This document shows, piece after piece, positions 37,521 to 51,329 of a stretch of 64,000 nt of DNA. Both the position numbers and the translations under genes were made by a program. Position 1 is the stretch's first letter, and each line of letters opens with the position of its first letter. Under the pieces are notes generated by a model, which was given only the letters and a program-made list of their open reading frames with translations, made no database searches and had not been told where the DNA came from. This DNA is from Felis catus (taxonomy: Eukaryota), in NCBI RefSeq assembly GCF_018350175.1, contig NC_058368.1, positions 76,014,001 through 76,078,000 on the forward strand. The letters are read 5' to 3'.

Positions 37521-39199
37521 CTAGTGACCACTAGAATGCAGAGTAAAATTCTTCCAAGTATTATTTAAGAATATAACACCCAAACAAATACTGACTACAT
37601 ACCCTTACATACAGTATTGCTTAAGACACTTTTTAAATCCCTGAACAACAAAAAAAAACCTACATTCCCCTTGAATGGATATGGATTTCAGAATATTTGA
37701 ATATAACCAAATTGTATGGTCAGGATGCACCGAGCTACAAATACTAGAAAACAATTTAACAATGAGGAAAATGTGTCCCATGTTATCACAAAAACCACCT
37801 AAGCAGGGTGGGTCAAAAGGGTTGCCTGTTTGCACCGCCATCTGCAGACGCTGGCTCCCCTCATGCTCTCAGTGGGTTCCAGAACTTCAAGGCAATCCAT
37901 GCACACATGACTGTTTGGTAGAAGAAACAGAACTGTTCCCTCCCCCATCCTTCTCTTAGCCAAAAGGAATCTTTTCTGAGAAGTCCGCCAGAAGAGAGGG
38001 TTATCCCGAATGGCTTTAGGTAGTTACATTTATCCATGGACTGGGAATAACATCACCTTCCATAAGTGCATGGTTACACGGACAAGGGTGCCAAGAAGAA
38101 AAAGGGAGTCTGTAGAGTAGGTAACAACAGTAAGTCCAGAATGTACGTATTTTCTATGTTATCGTTAAGCCATAATAGGATAGAAAGGTCACCTTTCATG
38201 CGCATCCACACAGATACAGCATACCAAAAAAAAAAGTAAAAACAGTAACAAAAGCAAATCAAAGAAATCATACTAATCATAATCATTCAGATCAAGAAAC
38301 AGACACCAAATTCCTTCTAATTCCATTTGTCTACTGTATCACCCAGATTGAAAGTCACTTTTAAATTATGCCAGACATTTCAAACTATTAAACCAAGATG
38401 TAGCTCCCATTTTATGCTTTGCATACAGAAGTAAAAAACTTAAAGTTCATCTTAATAAAACCCAATTCTTTATATTTACATTTATTCAGTGAACTGTAAA
38501 ATAACTTTTTTTTAATAAAGAAAACACTGGTGTCTGTGGATACTTTGTCTAAAGAATGTGATTATAAACTTTAATATTCCATCTATATAATTATGTGTTA
38601 CTACTATACGATTATAATATGATCCTGATTAAAGAACATTTTGTTCTTAATGCAATATGTTATTTGGTAATTTTTCTACAAGCCAAAGAAAACAGATTGT
38701 TTAAAATTCACATAAATTTGAAACGTGTTTATATTTTAGACATGATTGGCATTGGTATTCACTCTAAGTTCCATGGATGTCAACACTATTCCCATTCCTG
38801 AATATGCATGCGGGCAGGGAGAGGGGAGTTGGATGAAGAAAGGAACATTAATGATTTTACTACAATCTGACATTTCTATTTGTGGTCAGGAAATAAATAG
38901 ACCCTTACTTTCTCCTAAATTGATAAAAATACAACAAAATTAATAGAAGACGCATAGGATAGACAATGTTACGATCAAACATAGAAAAAAAGATTGCTAT
39001 AGATACTAAATTGATTTTTATCCCTTTAAACAGCAACACACATATAAACTGGATTGAATTACCAGTACAACTACTGAATATCAAATAACTTTTCATAGTA
39101 AATTTCCAGAACCGGGGAATACAATTCAGAGCACCTAGGCGGAGTGACAATGAATGCTTATTTTCGACTCGATATCACACCCCCCACGCACCTAACAGA

Positions 39200-39627
39200 T
39201 GGAAGATGATTGGCCCAGCCACAGATGATCGTCTTGCTCCCACTTTCCAAGCCTCTGTCACTTAGGTATGGCCACATGACCCAGGTTCTGCCAACAAGGT
39301 ATAAACAGGGTATCAATGGAAAACTGTTAAGAGGGTTTCTGGGAAGGTGTTTTGTTTTCCTGATGAAGCAGAATCAATGACCCTTTCTCCTGTTCTCTTT
39401 CTTCTTGTTTTGGATTTGGGCATGAAGTCTAAAGTGGCAGACACCATCACGTTTCAGTCCTGTGGAAAAGGACAGGAAATTAAGCGATGATAGTGTTGAC
39501 TTCATTGTTACTAATTTAATGTCAAAATCTGCCTGCATCCCAGAAAAAAATAAACCTCCATTTGTTTAAAACACTGTGAATCGGGTTTTCTTTTCCTTGT
39601 AGCTGAACGCTTTCCAAACTGATACAG
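39200..39627 (+). mobile_element. old ERVL/MaLR-class LTR (LTR33/LTR16/MLT1J-like)
   Basis: GGCCACATGACCCAGGTTCTGCCAAC block; 3' end AAATAAACC...TTTGTTTAAAACACTGT...AACTGATACA. Confidence 0.7.
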
Positions 39628-39813
39628 ATAGTTTTGATTGCATGGCTATAAGACTATAAGAAGTACTGCACATTCGTCTATTTATAAAAATGCAGTTATA
39701 TCAATCCAGTCATCACAGATCAAATCAGAATCGATATTTGTTTTAAGTATACTGACATGCAAACTACCTCATGAAACACGGAAAAGCTAATTATTTAGAA
39801 ATTAGTAGATTTA

Positions 39814-40062
39814 GGGGCGCCTGGGTGGCTCAGTCGGTTGAGCATCCGACTTTGGCTCAGGTCATGATCTCGCGGTCCGTGAGTTCGAGCCCGGCGTCCG
39901 GCTCTGTGCCGACAGCTCAGATCCTGGAGCCTGTTTCAGATTCTGTGTCTCCCTCTCTCTGCCCCTCCCCCGCTCATGCTCTATCTCTCTCTGTCTCTCT
40001 GTCTCTCTGTCTCTCTCTCTCTCTCTCTGTCAAAAATAAATAAACATTAAAAAAATTAAAAA
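39814..40062 (+). mobile_element. felid CAN-SINE
   Basis: TSD AAATTAGTAGATTTA. Confidence 0.96.
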
Positions 40063-40441
40063 AAATTAGTAGATTTAATTCCCTTACCAAATTCTATGGC
40101 AAAATTGTAATTTCATATGTGGCCATTATTCTATCATTTTGATTGTTTCCTGAAAACACGGACCATGGGGGGAGTTCCATTACTGGATGGTGCAGTTTTT
40201 TGAGGGGAGCATTTTTATGTTCAATCGAAGTTTAAGAAGTTGTAAGACTGCCAAAATGGTGTAAAACACATCAAGTTTCTCTTAGGCTAACATGCTTGTC
40301 TCTGGCATGTACAATAGTCAATATTTAGGGGAAAGCATAAGGTGTGGTCCCGCATGAAATAGCTATCTGCCATTTCTTGAGAAGAACCGTACCTTACTGC
40401 TTGCTTAATGATTCACTCATGATTAAGAGGTGACATCGGAT

Positions 40442-40586
40442 GGGGTGCCTGGGTGGTTCAGTTGGCTAAACATCTGACTCTAGATTTCTGCTTAGGTCAT
40501 GATCTCACTCTGCCCTGACAGTGTGGAGCCTGCTTGGGATTCTCTCTTTCCCTCTCTTTCTGCCCCTCCCTGGCTTGTGTGCATGT

Positions 40587-40629
<43 letters not shown>

Positions 40630-40650
40630 ATAAATACACTTTTTTAAAAC
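40442..40650 (+). mobile_element. CAN-SINE with internal deletion
   Basis: Head, (CT)n; degenerate TSD AAGAGGT(G/A)ACA. Confidence 0.92.
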
Positions 40651-40669
40651 AAGAGGTAACACAGGAATG

Positions 40670-40855
40670 GGTCAAGAGTTGAGGCTCAGGAGTCAGACTC
40701 TCAGTTACACACATGACCTTGGGCAAGCTATTTGCCTTTCCAGTTCCCTTTTCGCTCATCTCTAAGCACAGAAAAAAAAGTATAAGTACCTGTTTTACGT
40801 GGTATTTGGGGGGATTAAACGTGTTAATAAATATGCAGCATTTAAGACAGTGACT
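40670..40855 (+). mobile_element. MIR relic
   Basis: GGCTCAGGAGTCAGAC...TGACCTTGGGCAAGCTATTT...GGATTAAACGTGTTAATAAAT. Confidence 0.8.
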
Positions 40856-42658
40856 ATTTTATTGCAGTATTAGAAAGACATTAGAAAGACAAGAAAAAGC
40901 TATTTTAAAAAGCGGGTAGTCGTGTGAACTGATCAACTTAAAGGAAGACTGGATTCCTTTTAGAAACGCAGTGTCTCCTTTCGTTAGACAACACAGACTT
41001 GTAGGCACACTCATTCATGGTGAAGAGTCAGTCTGTGTAAAGCCTGGATGAATTAATGGACTTGTTGGAGGAATGGTATTGCAAAAACAGACAGCTAGTC
41101 AGATTCTCTAAGGGTTAAGTGAGCACAGACAATATAATGAGGAAAAAAAAAGTTGCAAGAGATAAGGCAGGTATCTGAGAAGCAGGAACACGAAGTGCCA
41201 TGAGAACACGTGGGGGTGCGGTGGTACAGATTTGGGAAGCGACACAGGCTTCCTGCAGGGCCTGGTGTTGGAATGTAAGCAACTGTTGTATCTCTGGGTT
41301 ACAGAAAGGGAAAGATTACTATCGCTGGTTTGAAATAGAGCTTTCTAGGCTTGAAATATACACATTTATTCATAGTTTTTCCATATTCGCTTATTTTTAT
41401 GACAAATGTTGCTCAGTGGTTTCCCACTGGGGTTGTACCATGATTGTACAGACCTCGCCCAAATAGTTATTCCTAGTCACCCCCATTCAATACGACCAAT
41501 AGTCATTATTTTGACCTCCATTCATATTGGGATGTCTCCTTTATCACTCTTTCCTTTGGACCTTTTCTTGTTTCATCAGTCATGGGTTTGCCTGTATTCT
41601 TTGTGAAACGTCTAAAATGGCCAGTAAAGATCCTCCTGGAGAAAACCAAGTAAGATTTGGAATTTCATCCCAATATAAATTCCCTGATAACTCAACAGCT
41701 TGATCTACAGATTCTTTAAACAACACAGCCTGGGTGGGACAGTGCGAAGAGTAGGTGCATGGAGATTCCCAGTGGGATCTTAAACTGAAATTCAGACATA
41801 CCTTGAGATAACTGATAAACTTACTCCAGAAGCTTAGTTATGTGGATGACCCTCCAGAAAGACTGAGCACTCTCACATGATGAGAAAGGACAGGCACAGT
41901 GAGACTGAATGAACAGCACAGCTTAGGTGGGAAAGGTGAGGCCTGTTTTACAACGGTATGATATCTACAATTAACTTTTTTTTTCCTGGCCCCTTCCACA
42001 CTGGATTCATATATGACTCCTCTAAACAGAAGCAGACAGCAATATAAATAATAATTAGCAGCTTTCACTTCTGTTTAGGAATTAGAAAGCCATAAAGAGC
42101 TAAAGATGAGAGCAAGATAGATGACCTAAAAACAAATAAACAAAACCTAAGTGAACAAAAGTGCAGAGAGTAATGAATCCCTCTTATAAGAGAGGCACTG
42201 GCTTCTTGCTTCCTACTAGGTTGAGTGATAGAAGAAGCAATTTGCCAAGGAACAGTGTGTGAGGAAACAGGCCAAAGTTTCAACATAGTTTTAGAAGCCC
42301 ATAAACGTTTCGGGTGGTGGTTTCAATGTCCGCAGAAGCCCAGGGAAAGAAAGCTCTGCACCCTGCACCATACCTCTCTTCCCATATGTCCTTCACTGAG
42401 TACATGCAAGTAATATACCTACATTTGGGAGCAAGACAGGAGTTCTAAAACAAATCCTCACTGAGGCTTACAGAGTCCACTTGAGGCCAGGAACAGGTCA
42501 GGATAACAGTGAGAAATCCCTCTGAACAGTTCTGAGTCTTCACCCACTGCAAGGCTGCTGCCAAGAGGTTAGGGCTGGGGAACAGCAAGAAATACCTACA
42601 AGTTTCCCCAGGACATTACTGTGTACAGTTGGCCTTCTGAAGACTCAAAACAGAGAAC

Positions 42659-42762
42659 GGAGCACCTGGCTGGCTCAATTGGTGGAGTGTGTGACTCTTG
42701 ATGTCAGGGCTGTGAGTTCAAGTCCCGTGTTGGGTGTAGAGATTACTTAAAAATAAAATCTT
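42659..42762 (+). mobile_element. short older carnivore SINE
   Basis: GCACCTGGCTGGCTCAATTGG...GGGTGTAGAGATTACTTAAAAATAAAATCTTT. Confidence 0.88.
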
Positions 42763-42942
42763 TAGAGAGAGAGAGACAGAGAATATGAATCAGGGCAGAG
42801 GAATCTCCTGAATGTAAAAAGCTGACTGTGGAAATGGAGAACAAAGAAAACTTACCAGAAGCCCCAAATCTGGAAAAAAAGGGAAGTACAAAAGAGAGAG
42901 AGAGATGCCCTTCTATTTAGGAAAACAGTAGCTGGGTTATAA

Positions 42943-43041
42943 TGTTTTTTTAAGTTTATTTATTTTGAGAGAGAGAGAGAGCGAGAGAGAGAGCAAGAGA
43001 GAGAGCAAGTGGAGGAGGGGGAGAGAGAGAGAGAAAGAGAA

Positions 43042-43072
<31 letters not shown>

Positions 43073-43211
43073 GAGAGAGAGAGAATCCCAAGCAGGCTCA
43101 GCACTGTCAGCAGGGACCCTGATGCAGGGTTCAAACTCACGAACCATGAATTCATGACCTGAGCTGAAATCAAGAGTCAGACACTCAACAACTGAGCCAC
43201 CCAGGAGCCCC
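42943..43211 (-). mobile_element. CAN-SINE with expanded (GA)-rich tract
   Basis: Antisense SINE; GTTATAA on both flanks. Confidence 0.94.
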
Positions 43212-43229
43212 ACCAATAGCCAGTTATAA

Positions 43230-45060
43230 AGCATAAAGAGATATCTGGAGTCTTACTAGTGTGTAGATCACAAGATTTGCTAAATCTGGAGCCAGTAACA
43301 AACTGAATATAATGGAAACTAAAATAAAGCCCAGAGGTCAAATGCATATTAAATGGAGTAACCCCTCCCCAACACTAGTGGTCAAATGAAGAAGGGTTGT
43401 GCCTTTTTCTGGAGCTAAATACTATTGATTTCCATCTATAATGTTCTTTTGTTCAAAATACTCATCCTAGAATAAAAGTTATATGTGAAGGATACATAAA
43501 AAAATTTAAGATATCTGAATAAAAATGTGAGGCATGGTCAAGAGAAGATAGAGAAATAAAAACAGACCCACATATAATATACATGTTCAGACTATTAGAC
43601 AGGAGATTTAAAGTAAATATGATAGATATGTTAAATAACATAACATAATTGATTTCTAGACAATTTGTGTGGGAAAAAAAGGGAAATAGTAAAGAGATGA
43701 GCACAATGAAAAAGCCAAAAGTAAATGAAAGAAATAAAAATACAATACTAAGATGAAGAATTAATGTCACTAGCCTATCAACAGACTGGCCATACTAGAA
43801 GAAAGAATCAGTGAACTTGAAGACAGATCAACAGAAATAATCCACATTGAAATTCAGAGAAAACCAAGAGTAAAAAAGAAAGAGATAGTGAAAAATAGAA
43901 GAGGAAAATAAGCATATGACATCTGCGGAAAATTCTATGTAGCCAAACATATTTGTATTCAGGTTCCAGGAAAAAGAAGGCAGATAATGGAGTAGAAGAA
44001 ATGTCTGAAGAGATCATGGCTGACAATTTTCCAAAATAGATGAAATATTTCAACCCACATATCCAAGAAGCTCAGCACACAAATTCAAATATGACATCAG
44101 GTAGGCAAATGATAATCAAATTGATGATGAAGACCAAATATAATTTTAAAATCCCAAGGGGACCTAGAAAAACAAAGAAACATTATACATGTAAAAAGAA
44201 TGTCAACTTCTCATCTGAACAGTGGGGGACAGAGAAGGCTACAGAACCTTTGTACAGTATTGAAAGACAGTAAAACAAAACAAATGTGTTGAAATCAAAT
44301 TCTATATCCTAAGAAACTATCTTAGAAATAAGCACCAAATTTATAACTTTTTTATCAGAAGAAAAAGCTGACAGAAGTTATGTACCAGATCTGTTCTACA
44401 AGAAATGCTAAAAAAAAAAAAAAAAAAGATGAAAACAAACAAACAAACAAAAAACCCCAAAAGCAAAATACAAACCACATTCTTTTAGGTTCAAAGGAAA
44501 AATACCAATTGGAAGAGAAGGAAAAATCCCAGAAAGGCAAAATCTGGATGAATTAAAAAGAAGTGTTAAACAAACAAAAAGTAATTAAGTATGTGAGTAA
44601 GCATGATAGCAAACTTTCAAAACACATATATCAACAAGGAAAGAACAATTGAAATCATACAGAGTATATTTTCTGATTACAATGGCATTGTATTAGAAAT
44701 CAATAACAATAGTATGCTTAAAAAGTTCTCAAGTTTTGGGAAAGTAAACAACATAACTTTTAATAACTGTATGCAAAAGTGGAAACCACAAGGGAAAATA
44801 GAAAATATTTCAAGTTGACCGAAAATAAATGAAACGTATTGAAATTTGGGGGATGCACCTAGTCAGTCTTAAGAGGGAAATTTGAATCCTTAAATGTCTA
44901 TATTAGATAATGAACATCTAAAATTAATTATTTCTGGTTGTAGCACAGGTAGGAATAAAAAGCACAAATTAAGCCCAGCATAAGTAAAAAGAAGGCAATT
45001 ATAATGGCGGACATCAGTAAAGCTGAACGGACAAATAATAAGGGAATATTATGACAAACT
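43230..45060 (+). mobile_element. old L1 ORF1 and ORF2 5' remnant (may extend upstream to ~42.1 kb)
   Basis: GAAGAAAGAATCAGTGAACTTGAAGACAGATCAACAGAAAT (ORF1); translated IEIIQSIFSDYNGIVLEINN resembles the end of the L1 endonuclease domain. Confidence 0.85.
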
Positions 45061-47432
45061 GAAGGCAGTACATTCAGAAATCACCATGGGGGTGCATGGA
45101 GAGTACTACTCGTCATATTTCCATAGACGGGACAGAACTTCCACCCCCAGGGAAACAGAGGTTCTTAGACCAGACTTAAAAGGTCCCATGCTAAGTAAAC
45201 TTCCGTTCACAGACGAAATAGAGTCTGCCTGACTCACCGCTGGGTTTCACTCTTTTTTGGAGCCACCCTGTTGTCCACTGGACATCCACATTCCTTGCTG
45301 TTCAATGCCATGCTCTTTCAAAAGGCCAGAATTTCACAGTCATTAAGAAGAAGCCTGCCAATTTAGTTTTATGGTTAATTGAAGGGGAAAGATTGGAAAG
45401 CCAATTATATGACCATAGTGGTAGGCTGCCTTCTCAAATTCAGCTTCATCAGTAACAAAATGTGTTTAAATCTCCATTAGTGTGTTTTCTCCGTAGGTTC
45501 CAAATTCATAAGAGGGGGAAAAGGCTTAATTAAATCCCCAACACTACATCGGTCATGCGCTGCTCCATACTTCTTATCCTGAGTCTTCTACCCTTCTTTG
45601 ACATTGGTTCTCTATCCTTACTCCATTGATACCACCTCCATAGAGCCCTCTGCTTCTTCTCTCCTCCATATTGTCTGTTTTAGCCAGATAGCAAAGTCCC
45701 TCAGTACATAAGGTGCAGAGAAGCAGGGAGTCAGAGAAATCTGAAGGAAACAGAAATTTACCCTGGGGTGAGGCCGAGGGCTTTATTGGCACCTGCACGG
45801 CTTCCAGCCAGTGACAAACACCAAAACATGCGCTGCGGGAAAGAGCGTAGATGCAATCAGTGATGCTGATTTGGGACCAGTTCAGTGATTGTAAGAGAAC
45901 GCAGATGCCATGCCTTCGTATTTATTGATGGAAGGTTGATTTTTGAGGTGGTTACTTCAAAAATGATTTCCAGAGACAAGTGGTAGACGGGAGACTGAAC
46001 TGGGCTTAGAAAATGTATGGGGATTTAGATGGTAACTCGGAGGGTGAAACACGGAATTTTCAAAGTAAAGCATCCTCCAAGACTGAAATAAGAGAACATT
46101 CTTTGGTGACTTCTGAAGTACCAGTCAGCATTCCGGAGCCCCAAAGAGTAAATGCAGCTCAAACAGGACAGCATTTGCATGCCATTATTGAGAGTAACTT
46201 TCAAGGATCACAATTTCAGATCATGCATTAATGACTCGAGGGCAAACTGAGGTATGTCAGGAAAGATGAATCTCAAAGTATCCTGCAAACGGCTGCCCAG
46301 TGACCCTGGAGATGACTAACACCAAATCCATCACAAAACCGAAGACATTGTCCTTTAAGAGAAGATTGGTTAGGGAATTGAGATTTCACCAATATTCATT
46401 GATTAATTTCTTAGTAATCTCCTATTTAATAGAACTGGTAAAGGGGCAGTACAATGCTTCTGGACAACTACTAAAATGATATTTAGGCATTACCAACATA
46501 TTACATGCAAAGCTAGTCAAGTTGTCGAGAGTTGCATGCATGTATTTAACCACCTGTTTCTTGTTTAAAACTTAGAAGCATGGCAGTGTTCAGAACTGCA
46601 TCGCAAAGATCTGGATTAAACTGACAAAAACAGGGCAATTCGGAGTTAAGGCTGTCATGTCATATTTGGGATCTCTCTGATACAAAAATGAAATAAAACC
46701 ACTAACGGATAATGTCATATTTGTAAATAATATTGAAATCCGAAATCACTATGAAATGTGAGTGCTACTATTTCGCCACAAATCTGCTGTCCACTTCTTA
46801 CTTACAACTTAGAGTACTCTGAAAATAAAAAGCAATTTTTACAAGCCACAGTCAGCCAGTCAATTGAAGAGTTGAAATGTTTGATGTCATCGTATTATCT
46901 AAGGCAGAATGGGGCTGAATTGCAAAACACATGGAAATCATTTCCATCAAATGGTAGGACAAGAAAGGTGTCCTTGGATAGCCCAGCATGATGAATTTAA
47001 GCTGAAAATCAGGAAATTGATCTCTAATGCAGGTGTCTTTTAATTTTTCTCCAACGTAAGGTCACTTATGACCCATTGTACAAGACCACTAGGGAATTAG
47101 GCTATTAAATGTTTCTTCTTCACAATAAATCCTACTGGAACACACTACTCGTATGTATAAATGGAACAAAGGTCATGTTATAATTATAGTACGAGTATGG
47201 TAGAGTAAATTGAAGCTAATTATTCTCTTAAACACTTGTGAATAATGTTAACACTTGAGGGCACAATTGTCAATGGGAAAAATATTTCTATTCTACTCTC
47301 ACCTCCAAGAAGAAAATGTAGTACCTTTAAAATATATTAAAACCGACTTAAAAAATTCTCAACATGAATGAGAGACAAACTTATAATAAATACACAGTGG
47401 TATAGCAATAATAGATACATGCTTGCACGTGT

Positions 47433-47433
<1 letters not shown>

Positions 47434-47466
<33 letters not shown>
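47434..47466. repeat. (CA)n microsatellite
   Basis: Read directly from sequence. Confidence 0.95.
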
Positions 47467-47468
<2 letters not shown>

Positions 47469-47699
47469 TACACTTATTGTGTGTACATGTAATACAATGT
47501 TCCCTTTTCTGTTCTCTAAGACACATTTTAAGCTCTGAATGAAAGGGAGAGTTTGGCTTTAGAAATACAGTAGTATCAGCTCCAGGAAAGATGAAAATAT
47601 AATGCTACTTCGAATTTCACCTCCAGGTTTACATTTTTCTCATGGCAAATATCTCTTATGTCTTAAATTTTTTTTTTGTCCTGGTAAATACTTCTGTGT

Positions 47700-47925
47700 C
47701 TTTTTCTTTTAATGTTTATTTATGTAATTATTTTTGAGAGAGAGAGAGAGAGAGAGAGCGAGCAAGCAGGGGAGGAGCAGAGAGAGAGGGAGACAGAATC
47801 CCAAACAGCTTCCATGCTGTCAGCGCAGAGCCTGACGTGGAGAGCTCACACTCACAAACTGAAATCATGACCTGAGCCGAAACCAAGAGTCAGATGCTTA
47901 ACCAATGGAGCCACCCAGGTACCGC
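47700..47925 (-). mobile_element. CAN-SINE
   Basis: Antisense SINE with (GA)n. Confidence 0.93.
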
Positions 47926-47985
47926 CCCCCCCCCGACCCCGCCTTTGGGTCTTACATGGCAACAATCTGCCACTTTCTTTTTTGT

Positions 47986-48380
47986 CACAGTAGACAATAT
48001 TAGTGCTCACCAATATTTGTGGATCTCCTTTATTTCATGGACAGAAAGCAGAATCTACTTCCATACCTTCCCAAGGTTGGACCTACATGTAACCGTGTAC
48101 TGTTTTGGCCAATAAAATGTCAATGGAAGTGATGTGTGTCATCTCTAAGAGGAGGTATTTCAGAGCCAATTCTTGATTATTTAGGCTCCCTGTCCTTTAA
48201 CTCAGTCCTCTGAACCGAGATAAAGGACAATCAGTTCCCTCTGTAGGTTCTGGAACCCAAAGTGGACAATGTGTGAACCAGAGTCATTTTTGTGGTGTTA
48301 AGTCTCTGATATCTTGGTGGTGGTTTTTTTTTTGTTGTTGTTGTTGCCACATAATTGATCTTTTTCTTGTCCTACTGATC
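47986..48380 (+). mobile_element. old MaLR LTR (MLT1I/J-like)
   Basis: GTAGACAATATTAGTGCTCACCAATAT start; TTTTGGCCAATAAAATGTCAATGGAAGTGATGTGTGTCA core. Confidence 0.75.
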
Positions 48381-48806
48381 CAATCCCTTTCTAGCTGTGT
48401 ACGTGTGCAGTAAATCTAAACCAGCTTTAAAATATGCTTTCTTTATCAATGTTATTGTCTTTGTTACTCTAAGTCTTAGAAATATATGATTTGTATATAT
48501 TTGGAAAGGAGCAGCAATCATAAAGTTACAAATGCCCATATTTTTATACATGGATAAATTCATCTTCTTCCTTAAAAATTAGTTATTGACATATAAACAC
48601 TGGATGAAAGGACGCATGGAAAGAAAACAGGATGGGTGAACGGACAGATGGATGGACGGATGGATGGGGTACTGGCTATTTCATTACATTAAATAAATAA
48701 AACTGAATCCCTGAAACTCTTTAGCTTACAAAGGATATCTTTCTATCTTTTGAATTCTAAGAACCCATTTATTTTCATTACCAGTTATTTATTTTTAATC
48801 ATATTT

Positions 48807-48979
48807 TATTTTATTGATTTTAGACAGAGAGAGCACAAGCAAGGGAGAGAGAGAATCTTAAGCAGGTTTCACACCCAGTGTGGAGCCTGATGCGGGGCTT
48901 GATCCCTTGACCCTGGGATCATGACCTGAGTGGAAATCAAGAGTCAGATGCTCAACTGACTAAGCTACCCAGGTGCCCC
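48807..48979 (-). mobile_element. CAN-SINE
   Basis: TSD TAA(T/C)CATATTTTA. Confidence 0.93.
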
Positions 48980-49109
48980 ATAACCATATTTTAAATCAAA
49001 TACCTTGTTTCTAAGCAATACTGGTAATCAGATGTGTCTTTGTCCTCCATCCAGACTAAAATTTTTTTACAACAAGACCTATGCAGTGTTTTCATGTTAT
49101 ACTTTTCTT

Positions 49110-49340
49110 CAGGAAGCTACGTGGAATCAGAGAAAGTAAAGATTTTGAAGCCACTAAGAGTTGGATTCAGATTGTTACTACTCCACACTTAAATTCTGTG
49201 ACACAGTTAATAAAAGAACTATTTAAGCTTCAGTTTCCTCAACTGAAAAAGACAGGTGATAAGTGTCCTAACTATGTGTTTAAATGTAACAGTACAAAGC
49301 ACAGAGCCCAAAACACCATCAAATGCTAGTGTTATTTCTC
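49110..49340 (+). mobile_element. MIR relic
   Basis: TTTAAGCTTCAGTTTCCTCAACTGAAAAA core. Confidence 0.7.
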
Positions 49341-51329
49341 GGTATATCCCTCACACAAATGCTTCATTCAAATAGTGCCCTTAAAAAGAGGTGGATTAAT
49401 AAATTAATTAATAAATAATTAATCCAATCACTTAGTTCATCATCATTTGTTAACTAAATTTATTATCTGAGACAAAATGTTTTAAGTTGACAGATATTTG
49501 CCTGTTCAACCTAGTTTGTGAACTATAAATTTTATTTTTCTCGCTAAGGATTTTACTAAACATTTAAGGAGTCCAGGCTATTCCAAAATTTCGGGAAAAA
49601 GAAACAAGACTTGAGACGTTTTATATAAGCTCAAATATCTTTTTTCACAGAAAATAATATCTGCATTTTTAAGAAAGGGATTCAGGGCAATTACGCCTAA
49701 GAATGCAGAAACACAAGAATTTTAATGCCAATCATACTTGGTAACCTCTTGGAAATGATCTAATCTTCAGAAAGATTAGACTAACAGAAACATGTGCAGA
49801 ATGTATTCAGTCTTACATTTATAACATCATGGACTGACTTAACAATGCCACCTCCCCTCCCCCCCCAAGAAACACAGTTTAAAGTAGAATGTCAATTGAG
49901 GGAAAATTGTCAGACGGTTCCTAAGTTTTTATACATCTGGCCAACAATTCTCTACCTGTTTATTTCAACTTTAGTAAGAACATAACACAATCTTACAGAG
50001 AGTAGCTTAAACCGGGCCAGTGATTTCAGGGAGAGGGCTAGGGAAAATTCGAGAGAACTTCTGGAACTAGAATTCATACAACAGCATGATGGATTTCATG
50101 CCAGGGAGTGGGAAGGGTCAGTTAGCAATGAATTCCTAGTTTGGGTGACTGGGTAAAGGAGCTCCTGCCTCATCATATTTCAAACTCTGTTCAGCTATTG
50201 GCCTCAAAAATTTCCTCCTTGGACCTTCCCTGACTTTTCTAATTCTCCATATACTGCAAAGGGCTAGAAGGATTTAAAGTGCAAAAACTGGATAAGCCAA
50301 CAACAAATCAAAAAAAAAAAAAAGCTTATCTTCGAAAAAAAATTTTTTTTTTCTGAAAATGCATAATTACTGAGTAGGAAAGGGGAGTGTTTCAGACTAT
50401 GTCTATCTGGATTTGATCATTAGGGATGGAAAGCAACTGGAAACCATACTCTATAAAAAACTCCATAAACACAAAGATCTTGAAATCACCATTCAGCTGT
50501 CTCCTCTCGGGATAAAGCACATGCCTTCTTCGACCACTCTTCATAATCTCAATTATGCAAGACATGAACCATTTCCATTATTTTCTTTAAACTATATAAA
50601 CTGTTACCTAAATCCAGGCTCTTCTCATCTCAGTATTGAGACATTGCTGTTAAATGTTTAGTAGTCATCTACTGCACAGGCCACAGATGCAGGACACCCC
50701 AGGCCATGCCTGCCATTCTACTTGGTTGATCAGGTGTCTATACTTGATTCCCAACTCCATGGGACTTTGCCTTGTGATTGTGCATGACAGTCTTTCTGAA
50801 ACCAAGGCTCCAATTTGCCACTAATAAGTGATTAGAGTTTAATGTACCTACAATATTTATAAGAGACTCTAACTTGGATAAATAACATTTAGATAGCCAG
50901 TAGAAGATAGAAAGTGCCTTGATCCTGATCCAAAGGAAACTTCTCTATTGTTATGTCCATAATAACATTCAAAGTGTTTTAATTCAATGAAGAACCATAC
51001 GGTCTTCAGTAGGACTTTTTCAAGTTAAAGAAATCAAGCTGTTTATTTATGTATTTTTTTAGCCTATCTGATGATGACTTTACTCTAAAAACAGCTACAT
51101 AATAAACTCATTCCAGTAAAATGGAAGTTCTTGGGACCATGACCTTCACCAAGACCATGACTAGTTTTTTAATGCTGCATACTTCCTTCGATTCATGTAA
51201 ATTCAGCCTCATTGGTCAAGAGGTATTTCAGGATCTCATAAGCCCTGGTCAACTCAAGACCTCCATGACACAGGAAGGAGAGGTCACTCTCCTCTCCTCA
51301 TGGCCTGATTTCTATCATTAATGTTTTCC

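Noticed and set aside
45080..45320. Possible ERV LTR fragment
   Set aside because: LTR-like appearance (AGTAAA signal, GC shift) but no termini, TSD or family I can support.
1621..50700. 15-nt exact match GATGCAGGACACCCC at 1621 and ~50686
   Set aside because: No flanking similarity; a few 15-mer matches are expected by chance in 64 kb.
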